NCBI GenBank assembly: GCA_040437565.1
Contig: JBDOQK010000012.1
Coordinates: forward strand, 372,001 to 436,000
Length of the DNA: 64,000 nt
DNA from: Albugo candida
Taxonomy: Eukaryota
Reading direction: 5' to 3'
Shown here: positions 32,662-43,138 of the stretch, piece by piece
How positions within the stretch are numbered: the first letter of the stretch is position 1
How the letters are laid out: each line of letters opens with the position of its first letter
The notes under the pieces: model-generated
The model's database searches: none
What the model saw: the letters and a program-made list of their open reading frames with translations, nothing else
Told to the model about the DNA's origin: nothing
Made by a program: the position numbers and the translations under genes

Positions 32662-33542
32662 ATGGAGTATGAGCAATTGTTGCGTCAACGACAACATCAG
32701 CTGAGAATATTACAAATCTTCCCACCCCATTTGGATGATGGTGAGCTTTCGCACAAAGAATGGACATATTTCGCACTTGAAATCGCGCGAATTGGCGTTA
32801 TTCTCATTGCGCCTTGTTGCGTGTTATATCATCTTGAGGTTATAAGACTCGACTCGGTTCTATGTAACATCACTGTTGCGCTCTGTATTATGCAGCTGTT
32901 CATTTCAGCGGTAGATGTCACCACTGGAGTTGCTACAACTCTAGATCACATTTCGCATTTTAGAATCGTCATTTCATATTATACCCTGAAGGCAGAACAA
33001 AAAGGCTGCAATATTGGCATCAGGTGAGATGTTGACGCAATTTCAAGTTGATTTACGCATTGATAACTGTTATGTAAAGCTCGGTATGTCGGATAAATTG
33101 AAAATGCTGGAATTCTACCATCGCGCATCAAGCAAGTTTTTGTGCCGATTTCCAGCGACCGTATCAACGAAAGAAGTTCGAAGATTTTATAGAAAGCAGA
33201 ATGCGATTCTATTCACGCTTTTCGTGGATTTGTATGTCCTTTGCATGGTACTTCTAATCGTCTGTTACTTGAAAATGAAGCCACTTTATATCTGGCTCCT
33301 CTATTTTGCAAGCGTATTGAGTGGTGTGTTGATTGTACATATTGGCAAACGACATTTACTCGAGCTTGATGAGATTCTTATATTGCGGAAAAGCCCAGAG
33401 GTACGAGTTAGAGCATTTCAAAGTTATATCGTGTTGATGATTGTCTACGTAGCTTGCAATCGGCCTCACGCGGCAAGTTTCGGCAAAAGAGAGTTCCGCG
33501 CTGCGAACTTGTGTGTCAAGTTATCACACTGGAGTGATATAA
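32662..33542 (+). CDS. Four-TM membrane protein of unknown function; 4 exons
   Basis: Three GT-AG introns (near 32911, 33023 and 33401) join the ORF fragments in frame to TAA at 33540-33542. Confidence 0.6.
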
Positions 33543-33573
33543 AGTATTTTAATACCTGTTGAATATTAATAAA

Positions 33574-34893
33574 ATGAAGCGTTGGTATCGTGCAATTAAT
33601 CCAGTCTGGGAGCAATCGCAGCGTGAGGTCTTTGACAGGACATTCCACAATTCGATAATTCCATCTTCAGAATCATCAGATGCAGATGCTTGGGAAGGTT
33701 TTCTCGCCGCAAAATTTCTTCAAACGGATTTAGCGCTATGTAGCCTTCCTGTCTTGCCTGATGTCACAAGCATGCATAATGATACACTGCAAGGATGCTA
33801 CATTGTCCAGGTATTATCTCTTGCATTATATAAATACGCACAGGATATACATCTATCACATCTATCATTTATACAAGGTTGCCACGATCACCAACATTGG
33901 CGCTAACTACAAACTTCGGACAGAAAACAGCAATTTTCCGAATCGCACGCTCAAAATCGGCTTTACAGATGGGACGCTGATGGCGTATGGATTTGAGTGG
34001 GTCGCCACGCTGTTCCTCACACGCAAAGATTCACATTTTTCTGTAGATATCGGCATCTTCCACAATTCTCAATCAGACTTTCAACGGGAAGTAAAGTGAT
34101 ACTGCGGGATGTGGATATCCGACACGGATTACTACTTTTGACGCCGCAAAATTGCCACATACTCGATATTCATCACACAATTCCATCAATACCGAATGAG
34201 AGCGAACATCGGGTCACCAGTCCATTTCAAGAGACTTCTTCTAGGCGGACTGGAAATGGTCAAAAATCGAACGGAATTACTACCACAAGCTCTGATGAAG
34301 TGTCCAAACAGTGTTTGATGGACTCCTCTGTGAATGTATCGCCACACACGACTCAAAGTGTCGACGGACAAATGCCAAAGTTTTCAAGAAAGCGCTTGCG
34401 ATCAGATGAAATCATTGACGTGGAACCGACCGATGATACCAATAATGATCGTCTCCCTTTTCAATATTTTTCATCGAGAAATCCAATTTACTCGATACAA
34501 ATGACGAAAATGGAGCGGACAGAATATCAAATAAAAGCCTGTATCAAATCGGTAGCAGCATTTGACTTTCAAGATGGTACGTACAAGCTTCATGTTGTCA
34601 TTGAAGATGGAACGTCACCGACCACAGCCCGAGTGGACCCAGCATTTGTTGAGGAGATGATGGGTGTATCTTGCGCGGAATTTACAACAATGTTGGAACA
34701 TGAGCCCCAAGTCGCACATCAATGGGCAGCAAATATGCAATTCGCTTTGATGATTCTGGAAGGAATTATGACATTCCGATTTGAATCGACAGAAAGTGAA
34801 CCAGTGCTCATGTCATGTCGTGCCGTACAGTCAAGTGATTTGGACCAGCTGCTCTGTCGAATCGAGTGCGATCAAAGCGCTTCAAACGGTTGA
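33574..34893 (+). CDS. RMI1: RecQ-mediated genome instability protein 1 (two OB folds); 3 exons
   Basis: LQTDL, RTLKIGFTDG...GFEY and GSKVIL...IRHGLLLLTPQNC (N-terminal OB); IKACIKS...IEDGT (C-terminal OB). Confidence 0.85.
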
Positions 34894-34902
34894 TTGTGAG
34901 CC

Positions 34903-37441
34903 TTAAAGCGCTTTCTTTTGCGGTATCAGGACGTTGGCTTCATTGAGCTGCTGTATGATATGTTTGGACAGCTCATTTGAAGAGAAAGCGAGAGCTTTGA
35001 TAGCTCGACGCCGATCGTATGAAATGCCAATTCGATGCAAAAAGCCATTCACCTCATCAAACTCCAGCTACATGAGATGTCAACAGTGGTATCGGAAACA
35101 ATGAATATCGATGATCTACCTCAATTTCTGGCGCTCTGCCGCCCCATTCCGCTTTCTCGACCTCTTTCCAGCGAATTTTCGTGATCTGAACAGAATCAGA
35201 GCACTTTTTTGTTTCTTCCTACAAACGAAAAAGTTGAGATGCAAATCGATCGAAAAAAGTCTCTTTATTTACATCAATGATCTTGCTATGGATAAATGTT
35301 CTCAAATTGGGAACGTGAATTGGCATCCGTTCTTCCAAACTGATTCGAATGATTCCTTTCGATCTGTACGAAAGCCACAGAAGCAGCATCGCGATACAGC
35401 CGATGATACTCGCCCACGTAATCAGGCTAATGAAAAACCATAATCCAGGGTTATTATGAAGCATGGTGGATACGAAATCCTCCATCCACTTTGTGTCCAT
35501 CACCGTCCATTCTCCAGTCAATCGATCAAGCAATCCGAAAGCCAACAAACCGCTACTCAAAACTTGCAAAGCCCACAAATTTGCAGTCAACTCGGAATCA
35601 TTGGCTGCTTCCATACGTCGACTCGACTGCATTCGAGCCAATTTATCCTCATATTGGCGTCGCTTATCCGCACGTAACATACAAAGTTTCTCCAGATTGA
35701 CCAATTCTTTACGAGCTTGAGTTGCTACTATATCGAGGTCTTTCACAGAAAGTTCCAATCGTTCTTTCAAACTTCCCAGTTCCAATCGCTCATACAAATT
35801 CCGTCCTGCTTGCTCAGGTGGCTCCGATGGTATATGCATCCCTTCTAGCGAATCCTTGAGGTACATTGGAACCTCTTCCACCAGCACAATCTCATGGGTG
35901 AATTCGACGCTGCGAAACCAAACGGTCTCGGAACTCTGTGGGTCTTTGGTCGCATTTTCCATCACTTCAGCCTGCATCCTTTTTAGCTCATTGATAAAAC
36001 TGGACGTCCTCCCGAAGAAATTTTGTATGAACAAACGGATGGCTTCCAACTGTACAAAACAGCAGAAAAGAGGCTCATAATGCCGACACTTTGGACCGGC
36101 AATAAAGAGCCCATTAGAGCCCAAAAGGAGCGTATCGTGGTCGGTGATGTCGTAGGCTGCTCGAACATGACCGATGATCTGCTTGAATTCATTCTCAAAG
36201 TCACCTCTGTCCATATATTCTCGTGCCGAAAGATGAGGTCTGATCTGATTCGCGATTATCAGATTCATTTTGTTCCGACTCAGAGCTTGGTCTGAGTATA
36301 TAAATTGCATTATTGCTCGTTGATGATTGGATAAAACAGAATCGAGGATCGTCGATGAATCCATGTGAACGTCGACCAATAGGCGAGATAAATGATCCAA
36401 TGAAACGTGATCGCGTACGTGATTCATAATTGCCTCAATCTGCATTCCATAGAAGCAAGACCCAGTGGCTAGGACACTACATCCGAATGCTTCAATCTGG
36501 AGGATTCCTGCAGCTTCTGGGAAATGGATATCCGCTTCGAAATTCACGTACGATGACGACTGATAATCTAGGACGGTTATGGAGGTCAAACCAGGTCGAA
36601 CCGCAACTCGTGTGTCACTGATATTAATATCGGCAGATGTCGTGAAGAACCCACCTTGAATGCGGTCTATGGATCCTAATGTTGTGTTCAGCTGTACCAT
36701 TTGATTCAGACCAAACGGAACATACTCTGCCACCGAAATAGAAACCGAACCAAGTGCAATGATTTCATCCAATTCGTCCTTGATGGTGGAAGCGCCAATC
36801 GCACATTCATACGCTCGATGTGCATTGCTCAATGTCGGTCTGCCACCATGCCGAAAGTGTTGTGGAATATACGCGCTAGAAACGTATGAGACATCTTCAA
36901 TATCAGTTATCGAAGACTCGCGAGCATTATCGTGCTGGGCATCAACAAGCCAGAACTTGTCGTCTTTCCACTCTACTGTTAGTAACCGGGATGTTCCCGG
37001 AACGTGTACTACTTTATCGACCGACAGCTTATCCAATGTTTCAATCTGATCCAGTTTCCCGGTACCTCGGTTCGATATCTGATAACATGTGACAGGTTCG
37101 GATCTACTCACACTAAGCCTTAAACTATGGAGAAAACCGTTCTCGCATAAATAATCGAGATCCGACGTGCCTTCATGTGAAGTGTTAATGTAATGTCGTT
37201 TATTATCGATCAACTCTGAAGATGGAGCATAATCATAATCCAGTGCTTTTGAAATGATTGCTTCGTACAGAAATACATGCAAAGCTGATTTAGGAATCCA
37301 TTCTTCAGCGTCTGTAGCTTGCAGAGCAGCTTTAGAGTATAACGAGATCAAATACAGCAATCGGGTCTGATTATGAGATAATCGTGCATCCTCGTCGTCT
37401 TCCCCATCGTCACTCGAGTGACGTAATTTGCCGTCAGTCAT
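34903..37441 (-). CDS. Large uncharacterised protein with C-terminal coiled coil and two TM helices; two small 3' exons
   Basis: 740-aa ORF plus spliced exons (ITKIRWKE...; LEFDEVNGFL...) ending at TAA 34903-34905. Confidence 0.8.
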
Positions 37442-38163
37442 GCGTCGCTTCGACCAAAATCACACGATGAAGCACTAATAGAAGCCGCACACTCGACACC
37501 TTCATTTTTGCTGAAAGAGCTGTCAAACCATTCCAAACGGACTCAAAAACGCTCGATTGCGTTCAAGTTTAACCGCGTCAAAGAAAAAAAGGGGCGGTTA
37601 AAACGACAGGATAGCTGGCAGCGCGATGACACCGTGTGCAGTTGAGCTAGTATAGCATTGCCACCTATTCCAGCTATCACAAGATCGCTGTAGAATACAA
37701 ACTCGACCGGCATCACTTCATTGTATTTTCACGAGCATACAAAAGCTTCGTGAGAAGGTAGAACACGTGTTTTTTTGGTCACGGTACCCTCTACTTCATC
37801 CTTCTATAAAAAATCAAGACACGTGGACGAGTGTGACTTGATATATCACACTATTTTTGTTGGATTGCGACAAAGTGTCTGGAGTTGGCAGGTGCGATTA
37901 CGCTTTGCAAGGTAGCGATAGGGTTATAGTGTTGCTACTTGCATCTTTAGCTTTCTTGCTTTAAGTATAAAAAGTGATACAGTAGTCCTCGACAGTGGGT
38001 TTCAACAGGTCCTTAGTACCTTCTAAGCTTAATTTATTGCTTGCACCTGGAGCCGCAACCTCATCATTTTCATAAAAGAGAAGAAACAGACAACAGTCTA
38101 CTGTTGATCTACCTAAGCTTACTAGCTTGTACAAACAATAACCAATCATTTCGACAGAATATT

Positions 38164-39255
38164 ATGGCCAGACCAATCCGTGTTGGTAACAGGATTCCTA
38201 AAGTACTGCCTACGCTCGGCACGCGATCGTTTGCGAAAACCGATGGAACTCATCCACAAGCCTTCCACCCTCTGATAGGATTACTTTTTGTGGTACTCGT
38301 CTCGTTGGCCTTGTACATCCAATATCGATTTTGGATGATCACTTTTGGGCTCGTTGTGATGATTCTCAGTGTTGCTTTTGTGTGGCTGGAACTCTCTGTT
38401 AAGTACACTGGAAATATGATCAGTATCAATCAATGGCAATTGATCCCTCAAAATCTGGTTGAAACACTACTCAAATCTCAACTTTGGCATTCGATTCGTC
38501 GACTCGGAAGTGTGGCCACAAATAAAGCAACAGTCCGATTGAGTAAAAACACTCGAAAAGTACCCAGGATTGGTCGAAATTCGATCTCTCAGAAAAGCAC
38601 TACTTTGTATGGCCGTAAAGGTCGCTATTGCGGATCGCCAAATGAACTCAAAGTTGCCAAGAATAAGGACGTGCGTCCGGTTGAAGCCGCCGATAAAGTC
38701 ACTGCTACGCAATGCGGAACAATCATTGAAAAACGTGGAAATAAAGGAATGCTGATTCCACATAATTTAAGTGCGGACACCATGGCTCAGTATATTTCTC
38801 AATCTTTTGAACCATTCTCAGCAACGAATATGACGAATGCCAGCAATAGACAGAGCTGGATCATACCATTTGCACTCGACAAATCTGTTATCGATGCAGA
38901 TGCAGTCCGAGTCGGCCAAATTGTCGAGTTCTCGATACTGAAAGACTCCAAACTCGGGAACAATACTGCTATCGATGTCCGACCTGTGCGATCTGCAGCC
39001 GATGTGAACGAAGAGATTCTCAAGACCCGAAAAGCTTTGCTGACGTGTAAGCAAGCACGTGAGGAATCATTTGTCAGAGCTATGGAAGGTGTCAAGGTGA
39101 TTTCACCGCGTAATGAACCCGTCATCCATCATTTAGATCTGATCGAGTATGCCGCTAATTTGGACCAGCAAGGAGACCTTTACACAGGGCGTTTGGCTGA
39201 GAAAGAATCTCTGTTTGCGATTTTACGGAAGAAACTATTTGCTCTGAAATTTTGA
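38164..39255 (+). CDS. Two-TM protein with a putative cold-shock/OB-fold cytosolic domain
   Basis: Two hydrophobic helices; GTIIEKRGNKGMLI...VRVGQIVEFSI...TAIDVRPV resembles cold-shock-domain strands. Confidence 0.65.
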   Translation: MARPIRVGNRIPKVLPTLGTRSFAKTDGTHPQAFHPLIGLLFVVLVSLALYIQYRFWMITFGLVVMILSVAFVWLELSVKYTGNMISINQWQLIPQNLVETLLKSQLWHSIRRLGSVATNKATVRLSKNTRKVPRIGRNSISQKSTTLYGRKGRYCGSPNELKVAKNKDVRPVEAADKVTATQCGTIIEKRGNKGMLIPHNLSADTMAQYISQSFEPFSATNMTNASNRQSWIIPFALDKSVIDADAVRVGQIVEFSILKDSKLGNNTAIDVRPVRSAADVNEEILKTRKALLTCKQAREESFVRAMEGVKVISPRNEPVIHHLDLIEYAANLDQQGDLYTGRLAEKESLFAILRKKLFALKF

Positions 39256-39975
39256 TAAAATCTCAGCCTTTTTATCTATGAGTTTTAGTTACTTGATTTT
39301 AATTGTGACGTAGCAAGTAGTGGTGCTTCCATACAACCCAAACATGTTACTGATCCCTCTTCGTATAAAGGTCCTTGTACCACGTCTGTCTGGGCGACGA
39401 AGATGGTGTTACGCAGAGCTCGTGCTTTTGTGTTGGTGGTGGGAGCGACCACAAAATATGGTTTGATGCTAGCGAGACCTAGCAACTGTGACTGTATGCG
39501 CATGACCCGTTTTTGACGCAGGTTTAGTGTAGATCACTGTGATGCGATACATTGGGGCAATCTGTTTTTCATAGTATAGGAATCACGAATCACTCGAGAG
39601 TAAAATACGTGCGGATTAAGGCCACCACTCTGTACGCCTCATCACTATAGTGGACGCTTTGATTCAATCAGTATACGAATTTACAAACGTTCCCATTATC
39701 GACTCTCGTGCATTTTTGCATAGGATGCTATTGGAATATCTGCTTAGTTTCTCTATAGAAACGTAGTATCGATTTGGAGCACGATGCCTTCCGATACNNN
39801 NNNNNNNNNNNNNNNNNNNNNNNNNNNNNNNNNNNNNNNNNNNNNNNNNNNNNNNNNNNNNNNNNNNNNNNNNNNNNNNNNNNNNNNNNNNNNNNNNCTC
39901 AAATCGTATACTATACATGACAAACTACCATTTCCTTTTCAACACTAGACCCAGCAACCGAATCGTTTGAACAAA

Positions 39976-42900
39976 ATGGCTGTCACTGCACAAGAGAGCC
40001 AAAATCTTGTTCCTATTGATCCCTTCACAGAGCTCAAAGCAGATATCGACGAAATGGCTACAAAGAAATCAAATATTCAATGTCTTTGGGTCAGTTCGAT
40101 TCCATGGGGTCAATTGACGCCTCTTCTGTTCTTGGGAACTACCGATTCTACGCTGCACGCTTATGTACCGACAGAAATCGGAACTCCTCCGTCATCTGTA
40201 AACGACCAAAGTGACACAATTCCGAATTCTTCGACTCTCACCTTTAACCATTACATGTCTTATAAACACGTACACCATACCTTCGCTCAACTCTTAGAGT
40301 CTTGGGGAATGTATCTGACGTTATCTGATACAAAATTGATTCTGTACACACTACCGCTTTTAACAAACAGTGAAATCGCTCAATCCGATGAAATCCATCA
40401 AAGTAAACATAAAAATGTAAAGGTATCCACGCACAACAGAATGTTTATAGTTTCTGATACAAAACAGACCTTGTTATTTAATGCATTTGAACCAGGAAAT
40501 ACAATTGTGTGTGTGAATAAACAGAACATTCTCAAGGTTTTCGATCGTATCAGCGAGATGACTCTCCAGTTACGAACACAATACGATTTAACAATACTTT
40601 TGAGGGACAAGAAAAATAGCCTCAAACTCTCAATGATGGTCCTGCCTCTGAAGAATCTCATCGTCATTGGAGATGATCACGCTCTATTGGTCTTCAGGAA
40701 AGGATGGGGTCTATTGGAGCTCTCTACTGGCGAATTCGTCAATCTAAATGATGACGTATATGATGAATTGGGGACCGAGATTGGCGCTTGCGTGCTTGTG
40801 ATGGATACATTGCACAATAGAAGCGATAATCTATGCAGGTTTCAAGGTGTTTTTATAGCTGGGAAGCAAAAAAGCTGTATCCTCACATTTGAGGAACAGG
40901 AAGTTTGTACGAAAGAAATGAGTCCGGGGATATCTGATAAGAGGCGATGGACACTGTATGAGGACAGCTGGGTGACGTATAACGCAACTCCAAAAGCGGT
41001 TCACTGTGCTTTTCCATACCTACTTTTGGATTTTCAAGAAAATGTCAAAGTGTATCAAATTGGGTCGAGTGATTACGTGCAAGAATTACCGATCCGATCA
41101 CTACAGAGTGGTTTTGTATGGGATTCAAAACAGCTTCCATCTCTATCACTGTCGAATTCCACGTACTTTATTGGTGCTACTGCAGGAATTAAATTACAGC
41201 TTTGGAAGCGGACATCGGTGAAAGATCAAATTCAGTCATGTTTGAGTCTTAAAAATTGGAAACAAGCAGCAGCACTCATAGAGCTGTGTCCGGAAGCTTG
41301 CGAAATTAGTCAAGAAGAGCGAAAAAAGGTATTTAAGAAGCTGGGATTCTCGACATTTTACAATCACGAACCCGATGAAAATGATCTCTCGCGAGAAAAA
41401 AGGCTCAGAACGGCTATGGAGTACTTCTTTCAGGCTCATTTGAGTGTATTGGACGTACTTTGTCTATTCCCTCGTGAATTGCTGCCTCAATCTGATCAAT
41501 CGACTGCGAGCAATCCGCAGGTTGACGACACAATACTATTTACGGGGAAAAACGACCTCATCATGGTTCAGAAAATCGTGGCGTTGATACATTATCTCAA
41601 TAAAAGTCGAAAAAGACTCGAAATCGAAGGCAGTCAAGTCGATGCTTTAGTTCGGGTGGATACTGTTTGGATGAAAACACTCGTGTTTCTCTCAAAAATT
41701 GATAAGTATCAAGATCAAGCGCTCAAAGATCTCACAAAACTCTTCCAAAACGACAATTACTGCGACGCTAATGAGGTCGAATGGTACCTGAGGACATACG
41801 AACTTCGACAGAGTCTTTTACTGTTTTTCACGAAGAAAAGTCTACATCGAAATGCCCTCGAATTGATGGAAGAACTGGAGGATGAAGATCACGCTGGGGG
41901 AGCGGAGATGCTACTTCCAGCGAAGAGTGTCCACAATACTGGATCCTATCTCGAGAAAATCGCAATGTACCTTCAAGAACTGAATTTCGAGAACGAGAAA
42001 CTTTTCTTCGAGTATGCGGGTCGAGTGATAGATCGCAATCCTCGACTCGGGCTTCAAATTCTCATCAACAGATCGATTGAGAAGCTACCGGAAAATGACG
42101 TGGATCCATTGACGTTCAAAGACTATCTTTTATCTCTCAAACCGCAAAACCTTGGATCCGAAACCTCGTCACAAATCGACGCTTCCAACTGTGATTTATT
42201 ACTGGAAGACAGTGTGGTCCTTCCAATGAAAAATGGACGATTCATGGCCATTGAGTATCTCGTACGACTGATCTACGCTCGTTCTCGTCCCATAGACGTC
42301 CGAATACACGATGAGGTTGTTACTCTTCTCATTGAATCGATCGAATTGGAGCTTTGCGAGAACGAACAGATAATTGATTCGTCGGTGGAAATAGGCGTAC
42401 TCGGTCTCCTTCGTCGAAGACTCACTCATTTTCTGCAGCATCCAAAAGCAAAGTACCATCCCGAGCGCTTACTGAGCCGATTCCGCAAAGAAATGATTGA
42501 TGAGCGAGTGACGTGTCTATCGGTGCTTGGTCGACACAAACAAGTGCTGCAGCTTTACATCCAGGAACTGAGAGACTTTGCGTCGGCGGAATCGTACTGT
42601 GACAAGTGCTACAAATCACACAAAGATCTTTCCATTTACACGTCGCTACTCAAGATCATCCTTCTCTGCCGATCCGATTCAGAAGAAAAAAAGACGCTCA
42701 AGACTTTGGACGGAATCGACGATCGAAATGTCTCTGAAATCGCTTCAGTTGGAATGGCTATCAAATTACTAAACAAGTTTCCAGAACGCATGGAGGCTCC
42801 AACAGCACTCAATCTGCTTCCAAGTGATGTTCTAATCACATTCTTGGCGCCATTTCTTTGCTGTACATTTGACGTTCAAGTGGAACGACATCGAAATGGA

Positions 42901-43104
42901 CAAGTACAGACCCAACTTGCGAAAATGGAAAACTTTAAAGTCCGTGAGCTCTTATCAATGCGACGTAAGGCTTCCGTAACGATTTGGGCGTCTCAATGCT
43001 GTCAGATGTGCGAATGTAAGCTCGGCCTCGGCACAACAGTGCGAATGCCTGGTGGATCCCTGGTGCATTATGGCTGTCATTTAGCGCAAATTGGCGCAAA
43101 ATGA
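39976..43104 (+). CDS. VPS39: Vps39/Vam6 (TGFBRAP1-like) HOPS/CORVET subunit
   Basis: CNH-like N-terminus, HRNALEL, LGRHKQVLQLY...AESYC and C-terminal CQMCECKLG...VHYGC zinc ribbon. Confidence 0.88.
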   Translation: MAVTAQESQNLVPIDPFTELKADIDEMATKKSNIQCLWVSSIPWGQLTPLLFLGTTDSTLHAYVPTEIGTPPSSVNDQSDTIPNSSTLTFNHYMSYKHVHHTFAQLLESWGMYLTLSDTKLILYTLPLLTNSEIAQSDEIHQSKHKNVKVSTHNRMFIVSDTKQTLLFNAFEPGNTIVCVNKQNILKVFDRISEMTLQLRTQYDLTILLRDKKNSLKLSMMVLPLKNLIVIGDDHALLVFRKGWGLLELSTGEFVNLNDDVYDELGTEIGACVLVMDTLHNRSDNLCRFQGVFIAGKQKSCILTFEEQEVCTKEMSPGISDKRRWTLYEDSWVTYNATPKAVHCAFPYLLLDFQENVKVYQIGSSDYVQELPIRSLQSGFVWDSKQLPSLSLSNSTYFIGATAGIKLQLWKRTSVKDQIQSCLSLKNWKQAAALIELCPEACEISQEERKKVFKKLGFSTFYNHEPDENDLSREKRLRTAMEYFFQAHLSVLDVLCLFPRELLPQSDQSTASNPQVDDTILFTGKNDLIMVQKIVALIHYLNKSRKRLEIEGSQVDALVRVDTVWMKTLVFLSKIDKYQDQALKDLTKLFQNDNYCDANEVEWYLRTYELRQSLLLFFTKKSLHRNALELMEELEDEDHAGGAEMLLPAKSVHNTGSYLEKIAMYLQELNFENEKLFFEYAGRVIDRNPRLGLQILINRSIEKLPENDVDPLTFKDYLLSLKPQNLGSETSSQIDASNCDLLLEDSVVLPMKNGRFMAIEYLVRLIYARSRPIDVRIHDEVVTLLIESIELELCENEQIIDSSVEIGVLGLLRRRLTHFLQHPKAKYHPERLLSRFRKEMIDERVTCLSVLGRHKQVLQLYIQELRDFASAESYCDKCYKSHKDLSIYTSLLKIILLCRSDSEEKKTLKTLDGIDDRNVSEIASVGMAIKLLNKFPERMEAPTALNLLPSDVLITFLAPFLCCTFDVQVERHRNGQVQTQLAKMENFKVRELLSMRRKASVTIWASQCCQMCECKLGLGTTVRMPGGSLVHYGCHLAQIGAK

Positions 43105-43138
43105 GCGATTGACACTTCTCGAGGTCGAGAATGTCGGC

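Noticed and set aside
37568-37602. 9-bp inverted repeat TTTAACCGC/GCGGTTAAA
   Set aside because: Isolated short hairpin with no target-site duplication or second copy.
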